In this document: one piece after another, positions 8,922 to 18,382 of the stretch
Position numbering within the stretch: position 1 is the first letter of the stretch
Layout of the letters: each line of letters opens with the position of its first letter
Virus record (IMG/VR): IMGVR_UViG_3300013116_000108
Location: 62,001 to 126,000 of that record
Length of the DNA stretch: 64,000 nucleotides
Strand: one strand, 5' to 3'
Position numbers and translations under genes: made by a program
The notes under the pieces: model-generated
The model's database searches: none
What the model saw: the letters and a program-made list of their open reading frames with translations, nothing else
What the model was told of the DNA's origin: nothing

Positions 8922-9527
8922 TTATTTTCCTAATTCTGCGGCTATTTCTTTTTTCGCAATTCTACCAGTTTTTGTGCCAACCCATTGGGCACCTTTCCAT
9001 TCGTACTCATTGCCGTCTGATGCTGTTTTCCTAGCACCTACTTGATTTTGAGCCGCTGTTGGATTTTCATCGCCTGCCGGTTTTGGCATAGGCTCACGTA
9101 TTTCTTTTCTTATTTTTTCAGGTAAATGTTTTTCAATTTGGTCTCTAAACAGTTCTGCCTCTTTTTCACTTTTAGGCTTTAATAATATTGCTGTTACAAT
9201 TCTAAATATAGCGTTAGCACCTTTAGTTCCTTGTGTGAAATTAATAGCACCGTTGTTCATTGCTTTTTTGTGATCTATATTAACTGAACTAGTTCCGTAA
9301 AATTTATCGATCCAAGCATTTAGTAATCCTTGAGGATTTACTTTAGCAAATTCTTGGTTCTTTTGAACAGCATGGCTCCAAAAAGCATAATGCTTTTCTA
9401 CCATTGATATTACTTCTCCAATTTGTCCTCCTTTACCAGAAAATCCTCCCGACAACTTTGAAGATTTTTTTTGTGCTTTTTGCCACTTATTAACGTATTT
9501 TTCTACGTCAATTTCACTAATTATCAT
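8922..9527 (-). CDS. Hypothetical, probable head/internal protein
   Basis: Starts MIISEI; short C-terminal module DGNEYEWKGAQWV. Confidence 0.5.
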   Translation of the reverse strand: MIISEIDVEKYVNKWQKAQKKSSKLSGGFSGKGGQIGEVISMVEKHYAFWSHAVQKNQEFAKVNPQGLLNAWIDKFYGTSSVNIDHKKAMNNGAINFTQGTKGANAIFRIVTAILLKPKSEKEAELFRDQIEKHLPEKIRKEIREPMPKPAGDENPTAAQNQVGARKTASDGNEYEWKGAQWVGTKTGRIAKKEIAAELGK

Positions 9528-9765
9528 TTTTTAACTTCCTAATACCTCTAGTAAACTTAATTGGTTCTTGTTTCTTGATTGCCGCTATAAATCTTTTTTC
9601 TAAATCTTGTGATACTTCTTCAGAAAAGTTTTCTTTAATCATTTTAATTAGATTAATTGATGATTGTATCAGGTGAGTTGCTCTACTTTCCACCACATGT
9701 TTTCGGTCTTTGTCGATCGCTATCGCATCTAGCTCTTCTAATAATGATCTAGTCTTATGTTTCAT
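9517..9765 (-). CDS. Hypothetical protein
   Basis: 82 aa; GGAG RBS; TAAATA at 9791-9800. Confidence 0.6.
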   Translation of the reverse strand: MKHKTRSLLEELDAIAIDKDRKHVVESRATHLIQSSINLIKMIKENFSEEVSQDLEKRFIAAIKKQEPIKFTRGIRKLKNDN

Positions 9766-9876
9766 TAAGAGTCTCCCTGTATAGTATAGTTATTTATTTA
9801 ATTTCGGATACTTGTTGAAAGATCTTAAAATTGTTTTTGCTCAATATTGGTTAAATACAAGTATTAAGGAGACCAT

Positions 9877-10605
9877 ATGAACAGAAGTAATCATTTTGCC
9901 AACCTTTCAGGATTGGTATATAGAGATTTTAATGCTGGCTTAACGGCTAAATTAAAAAAACTAGGTTATAGTAAAGTCAAATACGTTGATGTAAACGGTG
10001 CTCAAGCAATGATTTTAACTAATAATAAAGAACAAGTAATTGCTTTTAGGGGAACAGAGCCTAAGCAATTTAGTGATATTGCGGCAGACTTAAAAGCATG
10101 GAAAAGCAAGTCTAAAACAGAGGGCAAAGTACATGACGGGTTTTATGACGAAGTTAATAAAGTCTGGTCAAAAATAACACCGTTATTAAGCAAATCTAAA
10201 CCGTTGTTTATAACTGGACACAGTTTAGGTGGTGCTATGGCTACTATTGCCGCAAGTAGACTAGAAGATCAAACAGAATGCTTATATACGTTTGGATCTC
10301 CAAGAGTAGGTAATAAAAAATTTGTAGAAGGCTTAAAAGTAAAACATTATAGATGGCGTAATAACAATGATTTAGTTCCTACTGTTCCTATGGCTATTAT
10401 GGGATTTAAACATCACGGAACTTATTGCTACATTAACCATTACGGAAACATAAGAAATGGTTTGAGTAAATGGCAGAGATTTAAAGATTGGTGTAGAGGG
10501 CATTGGGCCGCTATTAAAAATCTTGAATTATTTGACGGAATAAGAGATCACGGGATACCCAACTACGTTAAGCATACGGCAAAAAATAAAGAAAGTAGTA
10601 ATTAA
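9877..10605 (+). CDS. Class 3 lipase (alpha/beta hydrolase)
   Basis: VIAFRGTE, VHDGF, ITGHSLGGA nucleophile elbow, YTFGSPRVG, NNNDLVP, terminal DH; AAGGAG RBS; TAAATA at 9852. Confidence 0.9.
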   Translation: MNRSNHFANLSGLVYRDFNAGLTAKLKKLGYSKVKYVDVNGAQAMILTNNKEQVIAFRGTEPKQFSDIAADLKAWKSKSKTEGKVHDGFYDEVNKVWSKITPLLSKSKPLFITGHSLGGAMATIAASRLEDQTECLYTFGSPRVGNKKFVEGLKVKHYRWRNNNDLVPTVPMAIMGFKHHGTYCYINHYGNIRNGLSKWQRFKDWCRGHWAAIKNLELFDGIRDHGIPNYVKHTAKNKESSN

Positions 10606-10609
10606 TTTC

Positions 10610-11359
10610 TTACAAACGGTATAGTACTTTATCAATAGTACCACTAGTTACTGTTCTAGAAAACCTAATATGTGAATAAACTCCATTCCAATTAATATAA
10701 ACATTGTCTGCTTGGTTTGTATAAGTTTTTTCTGTTATAGTAAACCACTCATCTGTGTCTAATTCGCTTATAGCGGCCATACTACCCTCAATTTTTAGTG
10801 TTCCTGTAAAGTTTGTAAAACAAACTTGGGCTGTGTGTAGTGCTTTATTTTCATTTAAATGCGGATAGGCTTGTACTGATACTGGATTAGCGTCTGGTAA
10901 CGTTATTTCTTGAGAAGCTCTAAACTCCGTATACGGTCCATCTATTACTTCAATATTACCCATAGCACCGTGTTGATCATCTACATAAACAACTCCTCGT
11001 TCCCCACTAGTGTTATCTAAAACACTATAGTTTAAAAAAGAGCCACTAACTTTTTGTAAATCACTTTCTGTTATATCAAACTGTACTTTTCCTTTACTAG
11101 CATTAGTAATTGTGCCAGTTTTACTAATAAGTGTTTGACGTTCTTCTTGATCTAGGATATTAAAGACAAATGTTTTACCAGTAATATCCACGGCTTTCTG
11201 ATCATTATTTTTCATTTCTATTACAATAGGGTTTTTAGCACCTTTGTAAACTTTTAAATTACGAGCATACATAGTCATATTCCTGTTCGGTGTTGACCCA
11301 ATAGTGCTATATACTACTGAGTGTGATTGTGTTGTTAAATATGTTGTAGTTTTTAACAT
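10610..11359 (-). CDS. Probable baseplate/virion protein with BppU-N-like domain
   Basis: PIVIEMKNNDQKAVDITGKTFVF...ITNASKGKVQFDITESDL; late promoter 11387-11392. Confidence 0.5.
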   Translation of the reverse strand: MLKTTTYLTTQSHSVVYSTIGSTPNRNMTMYARNLKVYKGAKNPIVIEMKNNDQKAVDITGKTFVFNILDQEERQTLISKTGTITNASKGKVQFDITESDLQKVSGSFLNYSVLDNTSGERGVVYVDDQHGAMGNIEVIDGPYTEFRASQEITLPDANPVSVQAYPHLNENKALHTAQVCFTNFTGTLKIEGSMAAISELDTDEWFTITEKTYTNQADNVYINWNGVYSHIRFSRTVTSGTIDKVLYRL

Positions 11360-11403
11360 TAAAATTACCTTTATTATAGTTATATGTATTTATTGGAGCG
11401 GAC

Positions 11404-11775
11404 GTGAATAAATTTGAGAAGTTAAGAGAGAAGTATCCATTTCTTAGCCATGTGAGATATTCTGGCAATGAGTATATCGGGATAGTTCAAAACTTTGACA
11501 AGCATTGTTTAAGCATTTACGATATTGATAGACTAAAAACACTAGAAGAACGAAAATTATTTTTACAAATGGGAGATGTTTGGTGGAACGAATCAAATCG
11601 AATGATCCCTATTAACATCTTTCTTAAAAAAGACTTTCAATATTTTAAAGTTTGCTTACAGACTTTTATTGCTAAGGATTGTAGTATAATTGCCGGGCCT
11701 CAAGTTAGTTTAAAAAATATTAGTGAAAAGCGTGTTAAGAAAAAGAGTATACAATTAGTTAAAAAGCCTACCTAG
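11404..11775 (+). CDS. Hypothetical protein
   Basis: GGAG RBS with GTG start; YPFLS..EYIGIVQN..WWNESNRMIPINIFL. Confidence 0.6.
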   Translation: MNKFEKLREKYPFLSHVRYSGNEYIGIVQNFDKHCLSIYDIDRLKTLEERKLFLQMGDVWWNESNRMIPINIFLKKDFQYFKVCLQTFIAKDCSIIAGPQVSLKNISEKRVKKKSIQLVKKPT

Positions 11776-12577
11776 GCATCTCTTCATTTAGAAATCGCCA
11801 GCAGTCTTGGTTCATATAATCTAGGCGGTTGTTATCAACTAAATATTTTCTCATTGCTTTAAGATTATTTTCTGCCCAATCAATATAACGGGTTTTATCT
11901 CTAAATTTTAAATCATCTACACTTATCCTAGAATTAGGATATTTTTGGTTATAGTAATTCCTAAAAATGTTTCTTTCTGGGTGCCAAGTTAGTTCTGGAG
12001 ATTCTGTATACCATTCATGTGATATTTCAGCAATATCCTTAGGACAGTTACGGTCTTTGAAAAACATACATACAGACCAATGTATTGTCCAATACGGATT
12101 ATCATAATCTAACCATTTCCAAACTGGCTCTCTAAAAACATTATAATCGTAATGTGTTGGAAACCATTTAGCATTTTCAACAAATACAGTATTAATAGTT
12201 TCGTATTCCCCTTCACCCGGTTGCTCTCTAATAACTTTATCTACATCAGGATTTCCAGTTTCTTGTTTCCATTTATGTTTGGGATCTTGTTCCTTAAGGA
12301 AACGTTTAATTTCCATTTCATTTTTAAAATTAACCCTACATTCTTCAGTCCACTCACCTGCCCTGCTAGGAAGTCGCTGTGCTTCTTCAAATAGTATAGG
12401 ATGTCCAGGAAAAGAGTTATGCGACGAATATCTATTTCTATTAGGAGCCATTTTAGAAAATGAAAAGTCTTGTGATAAATCTTGGGAATTTAAAACGGCT
12501 GTTATGTATTCTCCACCTGCTCCAGGGGGATATACTAACACTCTTTGATGATCTTTAAACCAATCTCTAGGAGTCAC
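11768..12577 (-). CDS. Hypothetical protein, possibly sulfotransferase-like
   Basis: [13 protein letters not shown]-terminal loop; likely GTG start at 12577 (the ORF-track start overlaps the ferredoxin). Confidence 0.4.
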   Translation of the reverse strand: MTPRDWFKDHQRVLVYPPGAGGEYITAVLNSQDLSQDFSFSKMAPNRNRYSSHNSFPGHPILFEEAQRLPSRAGEWTEECRVNFKNEMEIKRFLKEQDPKHKWKQETGNPDVDKVIREQPGEGEYETINTVFVENAKWFPTHYDYNVFREPVWKWLDYDNPYWTIHWSVCMFFKDRNCPKDIAEISHEWYTESPELTWHPERNIFRNYYNQKYPNSRISVDDLKFRDKTRYIDWAENNLKAMRKYLVDNNRLDYMNQDCWRFLNEEMPR

Positions 12578-12917
12578 CGGGTTCTTCCTTAAAGAACTCC
12601 ATTTTGCCATTTGGGTAATTTTTAGGATCGAATTTTTCATGCTCAGGCATTGGGTCTCCGTTCTCAGTTATTACTGGCCATCCATGTTCGTTAGCATACT
12701 TCCAATTAAAATCTACCCATTTAGCACCATGTTCTGTAGTATCAGAGTGTATCGCATCAACTGGACATTCTGGTTCACATACTCCACAATCAATACATTC
12801 ATCTGGATTAATAACCAGTGTGTTTATTCCTTCATAAAAACAATCAACTGGGCATACCTCCACACAGTCTTTATGTTTACAATTAATACATCCGTCATCT
12901 ACTATATAGGTACTCAT
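12567..12917 (-). CDS. fdxA: 7Fe (3Fe-4S/4Fe-4S) ferredoxin
   Basis: [21 protein letters not shown] and [16 protein letters not shown], FdI-type. Confidence 0.9.
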   Translation of the reverse strand: MSTYIVDDGCINCKHKDCVEVCPVDCFYEGINTLVINPDECIDCGVCEPECPVDAIHSDTTEHGAKWVDFNWKYANEHGWPVITENGDPMPEHEKFDPKNYPNGKMEFFKEEPGDS

Positions 12918-13942
12918 ATTATTTCCTTATTCATACAATTTTCACATATTTGTGATTCTTTATTTTTCCAAACATTGTTTAAATGTTTAGTAAAAAACTT
13001 GTGAGATAAAATCTCTATTAAACTAAATTTATTAATATTATTAAAATCCTGTGGGAATTTTTTTCTAATAGACAGCATTGACCATTCGTTGTCATAAAAC
13101 GCATTATTGGCATTATCTGAAATGAAACAACACGGCCATATCCTGCCTTTAACATCGACTTGTAATGCCAAGTCTTTTAGCCAAGGACAATTAAATTCAT
13201 GTTCAATACTTTTATCTGCCCAAAAATGAACTCCTTCTTTATCAGGATAAAAATCTTCTTGAAGTGATTGTAACTCTTTATAAACTTCATTACTAGGTGC
13301 GGTAATAACTACTTCAGGCATACCTTTATATTCTTTAGCAAATATTTCTTTATCGTAACTTTCACTTATTGTAAAATACCTAAATCCTAAACTACGAGCA
13401 AACTCTTTTGCTTTTTGTACTTGATGTTTATTATGGTCAAATATAATCATACGCCAATGTGCTGTGCCGCCATACGATATAAATTCTTTAGCATTACTTA
13501 TTATCTTTTTAAAGTCAGTTCCTCGCCTATGAATGTAATTAGTATCCTCTAATCCATCAATTGAAAAAACAACTTCGTGCTTTTTAAATTTTTGTAAAAC
13601 AGTTGCTAACTCTCGCCAGTGTTCTAAACTTCTTAACCCCCCGTTAGTATGTATAGAAACCATATCAGTAATATTACCAGTGCTGGCTACTTTGTCAAGC
13701 ATATTAACAATATTAGGATTCATCATAGGGTCACCAAAATTTCCATTTAATGTTAATGCTGATATACTACTATCTTCAAATAACTTTGTCCATGTTTCCA
13801 TACTCATATGCTCTAAGCCAATATGAGGATTAACTTCTCCACCATCAATATTCCTAGAACATCCTGGACAAAACGAATTACAATAAGTTGTCGTTTCTAC
13901 CTGTAAATGTTTAATTACGTTGATGTAAGTTGTACTTGACAT
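12914..13942 (-). CDS. Radical SAM enzyme with SPASM/twitch-like domain
   Basis: [39 protein letters not shown]; paralog of 5459-6547. Confidence 0.9.
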   Translation of the reverse strand: MSSTTYINVIKHLQVETTTYCNSFCPGCSRNIDGGEVNPHIGLEHMSMETWTKLFEDSSISALTLNGNFGDPMMNPNIVNMLDKVASTGNITDMVSIHTNGGLRSLEHWRELATVLQKFKKHEVVFSIDGLEDTNYIHRRGTDFKKIISNAKEFISYGGTAHWRMIIFDHNKHQVQKAKEFARSLGFRYFTISESYDKEIFAKEYKGMPEVVITAPSNEVYKELQSLQEDFYPDKEGVHFWADKSIEHEFNCPWLKDLALQVDVKGRIWPCCFISDNANNAFYDNEWSMLSIRKKFPQDFNNINKFSLIEILSHKFFTKHLNNVWKNKESQICENCMNKEII

Positions 13943-14066
13943 TAGTTATACTGTCGACTGTTCTCTTATGTCTTAGATAAGAATTATTAGCATACCAAAA
14001 TCCAGCAACAAAAGATATTGCCATTACTGATACTATTGCTAGTAAGTGCCAAATTATAAAAGTCAT
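13911..14066 (-). CDS. 51-aa single-pass membrane peptide (absent from the ORF track)
   Basis: GGAG RBS; [51 protein letters not shown]. Confidence 0.6.
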   Translation of the reverse strand: MTFIIWHLLAIVSVMAISFVAGFWYANNSYLRHKRTVDSITNVKYNLHQRN

Positions 14067-14067
14067 A

Positions 14068-14610
14068 TTATTCTCCTTCCTTAATTAATCGATCCTTTTT
14101 TAATTGATCTATATTCATTTCTTCGTATTTCTCAAACGGCTGATGTATCCACGGACTTGTTTCTAAATAATCTACATAATACCAAGGTGTAAACTTTGAT
14201 ACACCCTTAACCCATAAAGTTGCTGTACGGAGATCATCTATAAAAAATCCATGATAATGTTCTAACCATTTAACACACTTTTCAAGTGTTAATCCAGAAT
14301 CTGCTAAATCATCAACCAACAAAACTTTATTACCTAAGTTTGGCGAAGTCTTTGCTAATGAATTACCAAATACAATTTGTCCTTGTTTGTCTTTGACGCC
14401 TGCTCCATGGTATGATTCAACCGACATAACTGCTAAAGGTACATCAAAAATACGAGCCAAAACATCTCCTACTCTTAGTCCGCCTTTTGCTATACAAACT
14501 ATTTGATTAAAATCATAACCATCATCTGAGATTTTTACTGCTAAATCTTCTATTGCTTTATTGTATTCATCCCAACTAACATAAAGATGTTTATCGTCCC
14601 ATTCTTTCAT
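14068..14610 (-). CDS. Type I phosphoribosyltransferase (xanthine/guanine PRT-like)
   Basis: VCIAKGGL, PRPP-binding loop VLLVDDLADSGLTL, WIHQPFE. Confidence 0.85.
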   Translation of the reverse strand: MKEWDDKHLYVSWDEYNKAIEDLAVKISDDGYDFNQIVCIAKGGLRVGDVLARIFDVPLAVMSVESYHGAGVKDKQGQIVFGNSLAKTSPNLGNKVLLVDDLADSGLTLEKCVKWLEHYHGFFIDDLRTATLWVKGVSKFTPWYYVDYLETSPWIHQPFEKYEEMNIDQLKKDRLIKEGE

Positions 14611-14611
14611 A

Positions 14612-15175
14612 TTATTCCTCTTCTAATAAGTTAATGTGTAATGCTACTAAATGAGCATAAGCCACCGCATGGGCTTTCTTAAAATAATAACTGCCATCAG
14701 CAGGCTTATCCCATACAGTTTCCGCGATTGTTTTCCAGTCGTATTTTCTAAGGTTTGCTTTGCCTGGTCTCATTACTGCTAAAAACATAGCCATCCTTGT
14801 CATGCTATCTGGTTTTAGTTGCTGTAATAAATCAAAATGATTATTAACGTGAATTACTTTTTCACAAAATTCTTTACTTGTCCACAAACGTTGCCAATTA
14901 GGTTCTTTAGCAAGTAATGTATTCATATGTTCTTCGTTTTTAATACCTTGGTATACGTTTACATTTAAAAAGTCTACTTTAAAATATCCTCGTCCTTCCG
15001 CTGTTTCGTGATCAATACTTGCTTGTCCAGTCATAGGATCAACTGGAATGTCTACAAAATAAGCACCTGTGTTGTGCTTCTTACCGCTGTCTAGTGTAGC
15101 AGGTATGTGTTTTAACTTGCTTAATATATCTTCTCTATTAGCAAAGTCTATATCAATGTCAGGTAATTTTACCAT
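14612..15175 (-). CDS. Minimal DNA polymerase III alpha (C-family)-like catalytic core
   Basis: PDIDIDF, HNTGAY, KVDFLNV, YFKKAHAVAYA match DnaE motifs PDxDxDF, HAAGV, KxDFLGL, FNKSHAxAY; only 187 aa. Confidence 0.75.
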   Translation of the reverse strand: MVKLPDIDIDFANREDILSKLKHIPATLDSGKKHNTGAYFVDIPVDPMTGQASIDHETAEGRGYFKVDFLNVNVYQGIKNEEHMNTLLAKEPNWQRLWTSKEFCEKVIHVNNHFDLLQQLKPDSMTRMAMFLAVMRPGKANLRKYDWKTIAETVWDKPADGSYYFKKAHAVAYAHLVALHINLLEEE

Positions 15176-15912
15176 TAAAACCCTACCTCTTTTAATGTTT
15201 CTTTTACAACTTTAGACTCTCTGTTAAACTTTATAAAATATTGTCTCCAATAGTCTGGATCAATGTATTCGTAAACTAGTTGTATTTGTTCTTCGTTTAG
15301 TTTACCTAAAAATTCTTTACCTGTGTCTGTATTAAAAATCACCCAACAACTAATACGACCATTAATGATATCTTGTACAATTTTATTTGAATTGTTAGCA
15401 AAGAAATAACTACTGCTTTGTATGTTGTCCCCACAACTTTCTGCCCACTTGTCCATAGTAACCAAACTTCTAGTTAAAGCATCTTCCCAATGCTCTGTTT
15501 TAAGGTAACCTGATAACCAGTCTAAGTAATATTGCTCTGTACACCAACGATCTAATTTAAACTTACTGTTAATAACATATTCAATATATCGTTTTGTGTT
15601 TACGACCTTATAGTCAATTAAAAACTTACCAAACTTTACAAAGGCATTATAATAATTGCTCTTAACAAAATCAGCATATTTAAGTTTGTTTGAGTTTGGC
15701 TGTGTTTGTTTAAAGAAAATAATGTATGCTTGTTGCCCTAGCCTAACGTGTGGTTCGTCTTTCTGTTCCCAACGTCTTTTAGATTCGCACATATGAGCCA
15801 GCAATGTAGTTTCTTTTACAAAGCCTCTATCACAATATTTACACATGTGTTTCTTTGGTGCTTTGTAAGTGGTTGCGGCTGTTTTTATTATATCTGCCAT
15901 TGCTAAATTCAC
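15175..15912 (-). CDS. Zn-finger-containing replication-region protein
   Basis: CKYCDRGFVKETTLLAHMC; lies between the clamp loader and the mini-polymerase. Confidence 0.55.
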   Translation of the reverse strand: MNLAMADIIKTAATTYKAPKKHMCKYCDRGFVKETTLLAHMCESKRRWEQKDEPHVRLGQQAYIIFFKQTQPNSNKLKYADFVKSNYYNAFVKFGKFLIDYKVVNTKRYIEYVINSKFKLDRWCTEQYYLDWLSGYLKTEHWEDALTRSLVTMDKWAESCGDNIQSSSYFFANNSNKIVQDIINGRISCWVIFNTDTGKEFLGKLNEEQIQLVYEYIDPDYWRQYFIKFNRESKVVKETLKEVGF

Positions 15913-16379
15913 TTAACCTCTGCCTTTATATCTTTATCATCCCAACCTAACAATTTTAATTGCTCTTTAAGTTCTTTCTTAGTCACAATAGATGCTAATA
16001 GTTGAACCTCATCTTCTTTCATATTAGGATATAATTTCCTAATAGTTTTATCCAATCCACTAGTGCTAGACTTTGCTTTTTTCTTGTGAGGTATCCATTC
16101 GTGAAACTGTGTTCCCATTTTTGGACTAACAGTAGTTAATAACAACCAATGTAACTTAGGATGTTTTGAACTGTTTATATCAAAAAAGTTTTTGTTAGTA
16201 CGTTCATTAGTTGCTCTTAAATACCATTGCTGTAAAAGTTCCTCACCTTTAACACTTGAACTATATCTGTTATACAAAAAAGGCGAGAATGCTTTCTTTT
16301 CTTCATCAGAAAGATTATCCCAAAATTTCCTATCTTTGCGATCAAGTGCCGGTAACACTTTGTTCAATGGTAAACTCAT
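15909..16379 (-). CDS. Clamp loader small subunit (gp62-like)
   Basis: FSPFLYNRYSS, HPKLHWLLL, FHEWIPHKKK; replication context; start MSLPL at 16379. Confidence 0.6.
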   Translation of the reverse strand: MSLPLNKVLPALDRKDRKFWDNLSDEEKKAFSPFLYNRYSSSVKGEELLQQWYLRATNERTNKNFFDINSSKHPKLHWLLLTTVSPKMGTQFHEWIPHKKKAKSSTSGLDKTIRKLYPNMKEDEVQLLASIVTKKELKEQLKLLGWDDKDIKAEVK

Positions 16380-16882
16380 CCCCATGCTTTGCCTACATCT
16401 ACAACTTCATTATTTCTTGTTACTTCTTTTACAAAGTAAGCACACTTAGGTTTAGGACCATCATGTAACGGTACTGCTAATAATTGTCCTGCTTTTAGTT
16501 TTGGAAAAAACCATCTTACTTCTTGATACACGTCTACAATTTCTACTGGGTAAAAGTCAGGTTTAAAATCAGACAACTGATTAAATACAAACGCCTTAAA
16601 ACCCCTATCATTAATACTTGTTAAACTTAATACTTCTAAGTCTCCGTGATCTTCTTCTCCAATAAGCATACACCAATCTAGTGGCATCTTAATTTGGTGT
16701 CCTCCAATTTTTAATACTAGTGCTGGACTATTGAAACTTTCTAAAAATATTAGCGGTATAAAAAAATAATCCGGATCTTCTGGATCTGAATTATCTAATA
16801 CACCAAACCTCATATCTTCTACTTCGTCTGGTACTTCTGTCATTGGAAAACATTTATTATCTAATGTTAATATTTGACTCAT
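16376..16882 (-). CDS. Hypothetical protein, possibly a degenerate Hint-like beta fold
   Basis: ALVLKIGGHQIKMPLDWCMLIG and VEIVDV...FFPKL...LLAVP loosely resemble Hint blocks B and F. Confidence 0.4.
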   Translation of the reverse strand: MSQILTLDNKCFPMTEVPDEVEDMRFGVLDNSDPEDPDYFFIPLIFLESFNSPALVLKIGGHQIKMPLDWCMLIGEEDHGDLEVLSLTSINDRGFKAFVFNQLSDFKPDFYPVEIVDVYQEVRWFFPKLKAGQLLAVPLHDGPKPKCAYFVKEVTRNNEVVDVGKAWG

Positions 16883-16906
16883 ATTTTATCCTTTTATTAT
16901 ATCTGT

Positions 16907-16935
16907 AGTATAGCATTATTTTGCCTCCCAGTCAA
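16907..16935 (-). promoter_or_regulatory. sigma70 promoter with extended -10
   Basis: TTGACT, 17 nt, TGc-TATACT, spanning the uvsW stop. Confidence 0.7.
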
Positions 16936-18382
16936 CTTTTTCTACCTGGAACGGATAGTTTGCTTCTTTGTAAAATTTCTTTCTTGATGTTAAGTGTCTT
17001 TTGGCAAATTTACAAGTGCTAGTAATATCCCATATTTGTACAAAATCCTTATCCTCTGCTTTACGAATACCTCGTCCAATACTTTGTATTACCCTAACAA
17101 AACTCTTACCTGGTTCTAATAATACTAAATTGAAAATACGAGGAATATTAATACCTACTGCCGCTACTCCATATGTTGCTACTATAATCTTACCATCCAC
17201 ATCAGCAATTTCATCATACTCTGTTTTCCTATCAGCACTCTTAGTAGCACCTGAAACAAATACAGCCTTATCACCCAATAGTTCTACTAACTCATTTCCA
17301 GCACTAATCCTATCTACTAGTATAAGTGTATTACCGGACTCTGATATTTTATTAAATAATCTTGACATATACTTTAACCTATCAGCATTAGTTAATAGAT
17401 ATTTAAGTTCTTGCTGATAGTTGCCGTGGTCACCATAGTCTTGTAATTGTACAACATTAACATGACACTTTGCTAATACACCTTGGGCTTGTAGTTCGCT
17501 GGCTTGTATTCTTGCTGTTACATCACCTAAACTAACATGTAAACTTTTCCATTCAAAGTTTTCTTTAGGTATTGTTCCTGTTAATCCCCAACGTATAGGT
17601 ATATGTGCCATTACACCTGTTAATAAAGTTTTTAGCACATCTGCCTTAGCCATATGTACCTCATCTACCATAATACAAACTACATCTTCTAAAAACTCGC
17701 CAATACTTATAGGTGCTTCAGCATTTTTTGTTTTCTTTAGTAATATGTTTAAACTTTGCCATGTACAAATAGTATGTGTTTTACCAAACTCTTTTCTATC
17801 ACCAAAAAACACACCAACATCAAGACCCATATTAATATAATCTTCTTCTGTTTGTGTTACTAGTGACTTATTAGGAACAATTACAATACTTCTACCATAA
17901 GGTTCTACCTTATTACTTAATACAGCCGTTATCAAAGTCTTACCAGCACCTGTGGCAATTTCTTGTATACTTTGTGGGTTCTCTAAAAACTTATTAATTG
18001 TATCTACTTGATAATCTCTTAATACAATAGGTTCACCTGCTACTACATGTCCTTTTGGCCAAGTAAGATGGCTATACGATTCTTCTGTAACTCTATCAAA
18101 ATTAAAGTTAGTTTTATAATCACGTTGATCGTTTAACTCAATGTCATAATTAAGTTCTTCAAGTACCGGGATAATTTCTGGTAACAGATTTGTGTAAGTA
18201 GATCCGCCTAACTGAAAGAATGCTACTTTGCCATCCCACCTTCCTAATCTTACAGCAGGAAGATATCTAGCATAAGGAACTTCATACTTAAACTTATTAG
18301 ACAGTTTTTTACGAGCATGAAGATCTAAACCCTCAATTTTAATATTAACTTCATCTTTAATATGTAGTATACATTTACTCAT
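16916..18382 (-). CDS. uvsW: SF2 DNA helicase UvsW
   Basis: ATGAGKT, DEVH, GLTGT, VATYGVAAVGINIP, QSIGRGIR. Confidence 0.9.
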   Translation of the reverse strand: MSKCILHIKDEVNIKIEGLDLHARKKLSNKFKYEVPYARYLPAVRLGRWDGKVAFFQLGGSTYTNLLPEIIPVLEELNYDIELNDQRDYKTNFNFDRVTEESYSHLTWPKGHVVAGEPIVLRDYQVDTINKFLENPQSIQEIATGAGKTLITAVLSNKVEPYGRSIVIVPNKSLVTQTEEDYINMGLDVGVFFGDRKEFGKTHTICTWQSLNILLKKTKNAEAPISIGEFLEDVVCIMVDEVHMAKADVLKTLLTGVMAHIPIRWGLTGTIPKENFEWKSLHVSLGDVTARIQASELQAQGVLAKCHVNVVQLQDYGDHGNYQQELKYLLTNADRLKYMSRLFNKISESGNTLILVDRISAGNELVELLGDKAVFVSGATKSADRKTEYDEIADVDGKIIVATYGVAAVGINIPRIFNLVLLEPGKSFVRVIQSIGRGIRKAEDKDFVQIWDITSTCKFAKRHLTSRKKFYKEANYPFQVEKVDWEAK

